A stretch of 64,000 nt of DNA from Chrysemys picta bellii. Its lineage: Eukaryota. Where the stretch lies: positions 5,146,001 to 5,210,000 of the forward strand of contig NC_088810.1 in assembly GCF_011386835.1 (NCBI RefSeq), given 5' to 3'. The translations under genes and the position numbers were made by a program. Of the stretch, positions 55,101 through 64,000 are shown in pieces. Numbering within the stretch: position 1 is the first letter of the stretch; each line of letters opens with the position of its first letter. The notes beneath the pieces were generated by a model, which saw nothing but the letters and a program-made list of their open reading frames with translations, made no database searches and was not told the origin of the DNA.

Positions 55101-58100
55101 CGATCCACCCCCGCCCCCACACAGAGCTCTGCCGGTGCCCCTAAATCCCGACCCACAGCCCCCCAATCCACCGCACCCCCACACAGAGCTCTGCCGGTGC
55201 CCCTCAATCCCGACCCACAGCCCCCCTAGATCCACCCCACCCCCACACAGAGCTCTGCCAGTGCCCCTCAATCCCCACCCGCAGCCCCCCAATCCACCCC
55301 CAGCCCCACACAGAGCTCTGCCGGTGCCCCTCAATCCCGACCCACAGCCCCCCTAGATCCACCCCCGCCCCCACACAGAGTTCTGCCGGTGCCCCTCAGT
55401 CCTGACCCGCAGCCCCCCCAATCCACCCCAGCCCCCACACAGAGCTCTGCCAGTGCCCCTCTGTCCTTCTGTGGGGTGAGAGAATAAAAAGACACCAACA
55501 AGGGATCTAGTGGTTAGAGTTGGGGGGGAGGAGTGGGAGCCAGGACTCCTGGGTTCTCTCCTGGCTCTAGGAGGGGAGTAGAGGGCTATTGATTAGAGTA
55601 AGGGGGCGTGTTTCCAAGTCACTGACGGGTGCCGGCTCTGATAATGAGACTCGATTTCTCGGGTGGGTCAATATTTGCCTTTATTAGCAGTACCGGGTTT
55701 ACAATGGCACCGGGCCCAGGCTCCAAAGGGGCCACGGCCCGGCCCGCTCTGATTGGGTTGCAGTCGAAAGCACGGCCAACTCTTCCTTCACCCCTGCCTC
55801 TGTCCCACACCCACCAGCAGCCAATCTTCCCCCTCCTCCACTTCCCCTGCTGCCAAACAGCTGTTTGCCGGCGCTCCAGGAGGGAGGGGGAGGAGGCAGA
55901 GAAGAGGCAGGGGGTGGGGGGCTTGGGGTGGGGGATGGAATTGGGGGAGGATGGAGCAAAGGCAGGGCCCCCGCACTCCCCCTACCCATGCCCCCCCACT
56001 GTGAGATGCTCAGGGCAGGGGGTGGGGCGGGAGGCTGGGGGCTGGGAGCACCCCTACGACACCAGCCCACACCCCCAGCCCCCTGCCCTGACTCCTGCAC
56101 CCCCCACATCCCCCCCTCCACCCTGAGCACCAAATGGGAGCTCCTGCAGCACCCCCATCCCTACCTGCACCCCTCACACCAAATGGGAGCTTCCCCGCGT
56201 AAGCACTCCACACCCCAACCTCCTGCCCCAGCCCTGAGCCCCCTCCCTCACCCTAGCTCCTGGCCAGACCCCGCACCCCAACCCCCAGCCTGCTCCTGCA
56301 CCCTAACTCCCACCCAGACCCTGCACCCCCAGTCCTGATCCCCCTTCTGCACCCCAACTCCTGGCCAGGCCCTGCACCCCAACGTTTTTTACATTTTTTT
56401 TATAAAGCGCTCTTATCCAAAGTGCTTTACGCTAGTTAGCTAATGGTACAAACAATATTTGGAAAGATCATTAAGTGGTTCGCCGAGACCCGCAGCGATT
56501 TTCAAGTGGTCTGTGGAAAAACAAGTTAGACGACAAGAACAATCAAGGTACCGCCCTTTATTTTCATTTACTTGCTATTACTTATAGGAGGAGGAGGAGG
56601 AAGAAAAAAAGAATGAAAACTGGGAGTGGGGGGAGATAAAAAATAAAATAAAAGATATGGAGATATACCTATCTCCTAGAACTGGAAGGGACCTGGACAG
56701 GTCACGAGTCCAGCCCCCTGCCTTCACTAGCAGGACCAAGTACTGATTTTGCCCCAAATCCCTAAGTGGCCCCCTCAAGGGCTGAACTTACAACCCTGGG
56801 TTTAGCCGGCCAATGCTCAAACCACTGAGCTATCTTTTTCTTGGCTGGGTCCCAAAGAGGGGCCCCAAAAATGAAGCTGAGAACAGGGCCGGGGGGCCCC
56901 ACTAACCCTGAATCCACCACTGGGGCTGACCCCTCCCCCACTGCTCCCCACGCCACAGGCAGGGGCTGCCCCCACCTCCCCAAGATCCGCATGCCGCTGC
57001 CAGGATCTGGGGCTGCCCCCTCCCTCGCCTCAGCTCCCCACACCACTGCCAGGGGCTGGCCCCTAACCCCCCCCATCCATTCTGGCTGGGGCTGACCCCC
57101 CAAGCCCTGCTGCCTGACCCCTCACGTTGCCACCCCACAGACACACGTTTCTCCACACCCCGCTAGGGGGGGCGCACCGGACTTTTCTGGTAAACTGGGC
57201 ATTTCTTCATGGGCTCTCGCCAACTGATCGGCTGGTGAAAGCAAACGGGATAAATGCCCGTTTTTGTCAGAGAAGTCAGGACGGTCAGGACAGAGCTTAA
57301 AAAGGGACCTGTCCCGGCCAAACGGGGATGTATGGACACCCTGTCTCCAGGCAGGTGGGTCCTGAGGGAGTCTGGCCAGGGTGAGGGCAGATCCTGGCCT
57401 GGCTGATCGTGCCAGTCTGGAGAGGCCGGAGTGATTCCCCGCCCTGGCACTGGACCGGCCTCGGCCACACTGCCAGCTCAGCCTGGCAGACGCCGACCCC
57501 TTGCAGCAGGGCCGGTGAGTGGCCAGGGGGCAGCGTGTGAGGGAGTGGGTCTCTGGAGGTGGAAGGGGGCTGCTGGGCAGTGGGGGGTCTCTTGGGGGGC
57601 GGTGCGGGAGGTCTGTGTGTCGGGATGCTGGGCAGTGGGGGGTCTCTTGGGGGGCGGTGGGGGAGGTCTGTGTGTCGGGATGCTGGGCAGTGGGGGGTCT
57701 CTTGGGGGGCGGTGGGGGAGGTCTGTGTGTTGGGATGCTGGGCAGTGGGGGGGTCTCTTGGGGGGCGGTGGGGGAGGTCTGTGTGTCGGGATGCTGGGCA
57801 GTGGGGGGTCTGAGTGGGGTGCTGTGTAGTTGTGGTGGGGGGCTGTGAGGAAGTGCATTGGGCAGTAGTCGTGCGGCTGTGTGTGGGGGTGCTGCGCGCG
57901 GAGGGGTGCAGGCCTCTGTGCATTTGTGGTGGAGGGGCTGTTGTTAGAGCAAAGGTCAACTATTTGCCTATTTTCCCAGCCACTCCCCACAAGTGCCGCG
58001 AAGCTGCCTTCCGCCTATACGTATACAAAACGATCAATCAAGGAAGTCCAACAGATGTATCCTGTTTACCCCTAGAAAGGAATTTAAAAATTCCATAGGT

Positions 58101-61100
58101 TAGCAGAATGTATGCACGCTAAGTTGTTTGTTACTGGGTATAAAAAGGCTTGCTCTGCGTTTGTAAGGTGTGTTCCTCCCTCTGGCATGAGTCGAGGGGG
58201 ACACCCGCTCAGCCGACTGATCAATAAAGAAATTGAAGCCGTCTTCTAGACTCCCGTGCCTCCTTGGGGTAATTGGGCAGCTCTGGGGGAAACGAGCCCA
58301 TTTGGCTAACACTGTGGAGGGGGGCTGCTGGGCATAGGGAGTCGGGGGCTGTGTGGCCCAGCCTGGGCCCACCCTCGAGGGAAGGGACACGCTGGCAGCA
58401 CAGGGCCGGGTGGGCCAGTGTGCGTCTAGGAACAGCTAGTTTGTATACAGTGCCCTGCACTGGGCTGGGTGGAGCAGGGCCGGCCCCACCATGCAATGCC
58501 CCATTGCCCCTGGCTGGCCCCTCACTCTGGGGATTGACCCCCCACCTCCCCGGGCCATGCTCCTTTGCCCCTATGGGGGCCCACAAATATGTTTGGCGCT
58601 GGGCCCACAAAAGGTTAATCTGGCCCTGTTTATTAGCCGGTGAAAGAGGAAGCAGGTTTGGGCCGTGAGCCAAGGGCTTGGGCGAGGGGAACTTTAACTA
58701 ACCAGCCCCCGCTTCCTGCACATCTCATTCTCCCCACAGCTCTGCCGCTGCCCCTCACTCCTGTCCCACAGCCCCCTGCTAGCCCAGCCCTGGGGTCTTC
58801 ACAGCTCTGCCAGTGCCCCTCACTCCCGAACTACGGCCCCCTCCCAGCCCAGGCCTGGCTCCTCCCTCCCCACAGCTCTGCCAGAGCCCCTTTAGTTCCC
58901 CAAACCATAAATTATTTGTCCAGTATCAGGGATTTCCCTCCCCCACAAGGAGGGGTGCAGCCACCCTGAAATCCCCCAACCCTCCCCAGTGTTGAAACCA
59001 ACCAAGGGGAGGAACATACCAGGAACCAAATTGCACCAACCCGCCATCTGCAGCTTCAAGTGGTTTATCGACGTCCCAACAGCCCGAAGCACAAACCAAA
59101 CTACCTACTGAAGAAACCGCAACCTAAGGGCTGTTCTTGATGTTTGTCGCTCAAACGTTTCCCATTTAGTGACCGTGCAAAGGAAGCCCCTGGTGCACCT
59201 CTGGCCACAAAGCTTACACGGAAGGAAAGCGTCTCGCTGCTACAGCGGGGAAAAGTGGAGGCGCTTGGTTTGCCAGGCCCATCAGCAAAGCCAGGGCTGA
59301 CGAGCCCAGTAAAGGGCTGCAAAACACCAAGCGTCTGGTCTGCAGGAAACCTCTGAGCCAGTCATGGGCACAGGCAGATTTAGAAGCACTTAATGCTGGA
59401 GACACAGCGCAGTTTGTGTCACACCCCAACGGGAGGCCGCGTGAAGTGCGTTGTCACTTGTTAACGCTGAATGTGGACGCTGGGTTTGGACAAGACTGGC
59501 AAACGCTCCCGATCTTTCTGCAAGAAACGCAGCTGACTGGCTAGAAACAGCAGAGCAACAGTGAAAGACGCAGGAGCTGGGAAGTGAAGAACTCTCCCCG
59601 CAGTCAGACAACATGCAGACATGGCTGAGAAATGCACCGTGCAAATGGGTGTCACGTACGAAGTGACTGCGGACGTTCTCCTGATGGCCGTGGGAGGCCA
59701 GTAGATGCACGTCTAGATGTTCAGGTTATAGACGACATATCGGCCCCATCTCTGACAACCCACATCTCAGAAGAGATAAAAGCTTGTCAATTGGACCCCA
59801 AAGAGATGCTGCTTCTGCATCTCATGGAGCTGCAAACTTCTCTGGAAGACACAGTGGAGTACAAACTTTGCTCAGAGAAAACTGTAACCCTAATCTCTCC
59901 TATACACACTGCAGAGGCCGTTTTAACTCCAGGATCCGGACAGATAATGGAGCAAATTATTAAGCAATCAATTTGCAAACACCTGGAAGACAATAGGGTG
60001 ATAAGTAACAGCCATCATGGATTTGTCAAGAACAAATCCTGTCACACCAGTCTGATAGCTTTCTTTGACAGCGTAACAAGCCTTGTGGATAGGGGAAAGC
60101 GGTAGATGTGGTACATCTTGACTTTAATAAGGCTTTTGATACTGTCTCGCATGACCTTCTTATAAACAAACTAGGCAAATACAACCTAAGTGGGTGCATA
60201 ACTGGTTGGAAAACCATTCCCAGAGAGTAGTTATCAGTGGTTCACAGTCATGCAGGAAGGACATAATGAGTGGGGTCCCACAGGGATCAGTTCTGGATCC
60301 AGTTCTGTTCAATATCTTCATCAGTGATTTAGATCATGGCATAGCGAGTACACTTATAAAGTTTGCAGACAATACCAAGCTGGGAGGGGTTGGAAGTGCT
60401 TTGGAGGATAGGATTAAAATTCAGAATGATCTGGACAAACTGGAGAAATGGTCTGAAGTAAATAGGATGACATTCAATAAGGACAAATGCAAAGTGCTCC
60501 ATTTAGGAAGGAACAATCAGTTGCACACATAGAAATGGGAAATGACTGCCTGGAAGGAGTACTGTGGAAAAGGATCTGGGGGTCATAGTGGATCACAAGC
60601 TAAATATGAGTGAACAGTGTAACACTGTTGACAAAAAGTAAACATCGTTCTGGGCTGTATTAGCAGGCGTGTTGTAAGCAAGACATGAGAAGTCATTCTT
60701 CCGCTCTGCTCTGCGCTGATTAGGCCTCAACTGGAGTATTGTATCCAGTTTTGGGCGCCGCATTTCAGGAAAGATGGTGACAAATTGGAGAAAGTCCAGA
60801 GAAGAGCAACAACAATGATTAAAGGTCTAGAAAAAGGTCATAGATCATGAGGAAATTTTTTTTAAAAATGGGTGTGTTTACTCTGGAGAAGAGAAGCCTG
60901 AGTGGGGACATGAGAACAGTTCTCAAGTACATAAAAGGTTGTTGCAAGGAGGAGAGAGGTAAATTATTCTCCTTAACCTCTGAGGATAGGACAAGAAGCA
61001 ATGGGCTTAAATTGCAGCAAGGGAGGTTTAGGTTGGACATTAGGAAAAACTTCCTAACTGTCAGGGTGGTTAAGCACTGGAATAAATTGCCTAGGGAGGT

Positions 61101-62109
61101 GGTGGAATCTCCATCATGGGGGATTTTTAAGAGCAGGTTGGACAAACACCTGTCAGGGAAGGTCTAGATAATACTTAGTCCTGCTATGAGTGCAGGGGAC
61201 TGGACTAGATGACCTCCCGAGGTCCCTTCCAGCCCTACAATGCTGTAATCTATTCATCTAGAACTAGTACGAGCTGCAGAATCTTGAAAAGACATTTAAA
61301 AATCCGTAAATTGAATGTCTTCATCATACTCATTTTCTCAGCAAGAGTCCAAAAAGCCTGAATGTCTTGGAGAAAATAGAAGATGCTCCAGGACTGAAGT
61401 TCAAATTAATCCAACCCCGGAAAACTGCTTTCCTCACTGAACAGAACGCCGTGTTCTGGGGGGAGTCGCCGTCTGCCTGGTCAGGAGCAGGAAGGAAGGA
61501 GCCTGCCGTGAAGGCCTGGCAGAACCGGGCACAGGAGAAGCCATCGATGGGGAACTGACTTCATTCGACAAGGGCAAACTTACAGCAAGAAGCCAAGAAG
61601 GCTGGAGCTGTCATGCTTCATGGAAGGCTTGAGTAGCCAGCTCTAATGTGACGGTTTTACAGCCTGAGTTAGAGCTAATAAAATGGCCGTGACATATTTC
61701 TCAGTTGTTACCATGGTGCCATTCAGCCCCGCTTCACCCTCACGGGCTCACCCCTCAGTCCTCACCCCCTGTGACTTCAAACACCCCCCCCCCCCATTTC
61801 AATTCCTGGGGAAAATGCTGCTTTGAAATCACATTCTCCCAACAGCTCTGCCGGTGCCCCTCGCTCCCGACCCGCAGCCCCCTGCTAGCCCAGCCCTGGA
61901 CTCCACACCCCCCTCTGCTAGAGCCCCTTTATTTCCCCAAACCATAGTTTATTTGACCCGTATCAACTCTTAGAGCAGGAGGCATCTGGAACCCAGGACT
62001 CCTGGGTTCTCTCCCCAGCTCAGGGGATTCCTGGGGCCCCCTCCTTCCTCTTACCCAGGCAGAGCAGTGCGAGGATGATTTCAATGCAGAGCTTGGTGGA
62101 AGGGCGCAT
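52142..62109 (-). CDS. CD33-related Siglec B: SP-V-C2-(decayed C2)-TM-tail; 336 aa if the decayed exon is skipped
   Basis: Exons 62109-62055 ([19 protein letters not shown]), 55048-54686 (V-set, GLCVLLPC...YYFRF..KYSY), 54521-54219 (C2), 53072-52973 (TM, 100 nt like gene A), 52589-52532, 52273-52142 (ends ENIYANI*). GT-AG with compatible phases. The 58-nt tail exon is the least certain. Confidence 0.8.
53431..53728 (-). pseudogene. Decayed membrane-proximal Ig exon of Siglec B
   Basis: Close copy of Siglec A exon 5, but with donor GT changed to GG (53430-53429), a +1 G in the run at 53465-53468, and CpG-type radical changes (R>C, R>W twice, S>L). Confidence 0.75.
55640..56530. mobile_element. 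Probable non-autonomous hAT element(s)
   Basis: CCTGCACCCCAACCCCCAGCC subrepeats and the AAGTGGTCTGTGGAAAAACAAGTT terminal-type motif seen in turtle hAT MITEs; ends not resolved. Confidence 0.45.
56610..56835 (-). mobile_element. Tortoise polIII/Cry-type SINE (tRNA head plus CR1-derived tail)
   Basis: Reverse strand reads GATAGCTCAGTGGTTTGAGCATTGGCC..CTAAACCCAGGGTTGT.AGTTCA..CCTTGAGGGGGCCA.TTAGGGAT...GGACT..TGACCT...GGTCCCTTCCA. Main evidence for a turtle origin. Confidence 0.8.
57164..57343. mobile_element. Degenerate hAT MITE
   Basis: TAGGG..CACC start and ATGGACACCCT end resemble the TAGGGTGACCA TIR family at 534-735. Confidence 0.5.
57560..57830. repeat. ~55-bp minisatellite
   Basis: GGGATGCTGGGCAGTGGGGGGTCTCTTGGGGGGCGGTGGGGGAGGTCTGTGTGTC, about 4.5 copies. 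Confidence 0.85.
57942..58311 (+). mobile_element. Solo LTR (370 bp), antisense in Siglec B intron 1
   Basis: TGTTAG...CTAACA inverted termini, 4-bp TSD CTGT on both sides, TATAAAAA at about 58138 and AATAAA at about 58222. Confidence 0.85.
59932..61250 (+). mobile_element. 5'-truncated CR1 LINE (disrupted ORF2 reverse transcriptase)
   Basis: [63 protein letters not shown] motifs with stops and frameshifts; CR1 3'UTR GGACTAGATGACCTCC.GAGGTCCCTTCCAGCC. Confidence 0.95.
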
Positions 62110-63544
62110 CTGGCTGGCTCCTGGCACCCACATCCTCCCGCTCCGCGGCTCCAGGGAGGACTCACGGGCTCTGTGATTTGCTGCTCTCAGTGGGTCCCAG
62201 ATCGCTGCATGGTGCTGGTGGGAGAGAGGGTGGGGAAATGACTGAGCAGAGCAGGGGAGTGGGATCTAGTGGTTAGCACTGGGGGGCTGGGAGGCAGGAC
62301 TCCTGGGTTCCAACCCTGGCTCGGGGAGGGGACTGGAGTCTAGTGGTTAGAGCGGGGCGGGGCTGGGACTCACACACAAGGTCTGTCTGTACTTACCGAG
62401 GGCCTGGGTGATTCTGCACCCAGCCCAGCGCTGAGCGGGCACCGAACAACAGCTACTGCAACTCCCCCCTCCCACAGGGAAACCACATCCTGCCAAACCC
62501 GCCTGGCACCACACAGCACAGACCCACGGGCCCCTCTAGTCAGGTGTCCCGCCTGCCCCCCAGCCATGTGCACACAGAGCTGGGGGCAGTGCCCTGTCCC
62601 TGTGTCCCTCCCCGACAGCCTGTGCGCTCAGCCCCTGGGCCTCCCACATCCCGGCTCTGGTTTTCACCCCAGCTGCTGGGAATGTGCACGTCTGACCGGG
62701 GTGATGCTGTCTGGGGTGCGAGCTGGGCTGGGGAGCAGCCGTGTCCCCTCCGCCCTCCAGCCCAAGATGCTGCGTTGCTGGCGACCTGCCCCCACTCCAG
62801 CCTCCGCCCACACCCAGCCTCCAGCCTGTGGCTTGCGCCACTAGCCGGCTCCTCACGAATTAAACTGCAGAGCGACCCCAGCAAGTGCCTGCCTCCCTCC
62901 AGCTCCCCACTGGAGATCTGCCTCGTGCACAGCTCAGTCCACTCCCGGTGCCGGACGGGTCTGTCAGCTCAGCAAAGGCCAATGTCCTGCCCCAGCCCTG
63001 GAGTCCTCAACTGCGGTTCCCACCCACGCCGGTGTCGAGGGAACATTAACACAACCTGATTCACTCCAGCACGATTTGTCGCATCCTAAGCAGTAGTTCC
63101 TTTCACAGGCTGGCTGTCCTTGCAGCCTGGGGCCCCCTCCTTCCTCAGTTCATTGGCTTCAGATGTCTCCTGGTGGTTTTGGTCGACACATGGAAGAAGA
63201 GGAGAGGTAAAACGCAGGGCACTGTCTCTTGTTTTCATACCGCTGTCCTCTTTGAGGAGTCCCCCAGCTGGGGTGCAGGCGACAAGCAGTGGATGTGGGA
63301 TTTGAACCCCCACAGAGATGAAATGTACATTTCTTGTTTATACCTCTCCCCGCCCCCTCCTGGCTGGACAATGGCTCGTTAACAGCTGTCTGGGGCCTGT
63401 GTGCCTTTGTCTCTGAAAAACTGGTGCGTGGGCGTTACCCAGAATTACAGTAACAATCGTACTGTAGAATCTTATAACTTCATCCACAGTATTGCTACCC
63501 GTATTTCAGCGGGACAATAATGTTCAGCAGATTAGGGGTCCTAT

Positions 63545-64000
63545 AAAGGTAACCAGCCAGTCAGGCAGCGGCATAGACAGCTGCAGCGGTACAGGAGCCA
63601 GCAAACAGAGCTGTGAACAGGGGAGTTTCAGTGGGAGTTTGCGGGGGAGACTCAGAGAGGCAGGCAGAGGAATACACAGGCTAGTGAAGGGAGGGGGTTG
63701 TGTTCTGCGGGTGTTTTGGTGCCCGATGGGGTTTGGTTTGCTGTGGGTGGTGGCGGTTTGGTATGTGTTTCCCGGACTAACAGGTTTTAGGTGGGAAGGC
63801 TATGACCGATATAGAAGCAGCAGTGGAAGACACAATGGATGTGGAAGCTGTGGCATGTACATGATCCTGGAGGGGGTACCTGAAAAGAGTTTTGTCTGCA
63901 TGAAGTGCCACCTGATAGAACTGATGGAAGAAAAGCTCCGAGGATTGGAGATGCAGGTGGAAACTCTGGCTGAGTTTAGAAGGGGGTTCGAGCAGGCGAT
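63545..64000 (+). mobile_element. 5' end of a CR1 LINE (5'UTR plus ORF1 start), running off the right edge
   Basis: ATG at 63802; after a frameshift the frame reads CGSCGMYMILEGVPEKSFVCMKCHLIELMEEKLRGLEMQVETLAEF (CxxC...CxxC plus coiled coil, typical of CR1 ORF1). Confidence 0.75.

Noticed and set aside
57431-57520. Plus-strand donor GCCG|GTGAGT and minus-strand ALLQGVGVC peptide as an alternative Siglec B leader
   Set aside because: No ATG or minus-strand donor fits; a complete signal exon with a strong donor exists at 62109-62055.

Overview
Vertebrate genomic DNA, very GC- and repeat-rich, most likely a turtle (tortoise-type tRNA/CR1 SINE, CR1 LINEs, hAT MITEs, solo LTRs). I assembled seven spliced genes by hand from splice signals and exon phases. 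Left to right: NKG7-like tetraspan A (-, 163 aa; a third paralogue starts at the left edge); Siglec-like receptor A (-, V-C2-C2-C2, no sialic-acid Arg, multi-tyrosine tail); a CARD-NACHT-LRR NLR (+, about 932 aa after correcting 7 single-base frameshifts); C19orf84 (+, 409 aa, 2 exons); LIM2 (+, 173 aa); NKG7-like B (+, 163 aa); and CD33-type Siglec B (-, one decayed Ig exon). The C19orf84-LIM2-NKG7 order with flanking Siglecs matches human 19q13.41 as I recall it. The best candidate for an undescribed system is the NLR: its NACHT, LRR exons and C-terminal three-helix cap resemble NLRX1, but it has an N-terminal CARD and intact Walker A and B motifs. Second is a reptilian orthologue of the mammalian piRNA/DNA-methylation factor C19ORF84 with expanded WG/GW and duplicated EDWExxY motifs. 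All comparisons with human proteins use sequences recalled from memory; no search was run. Most long ORFs in the supplied track are translations of minisatellites.
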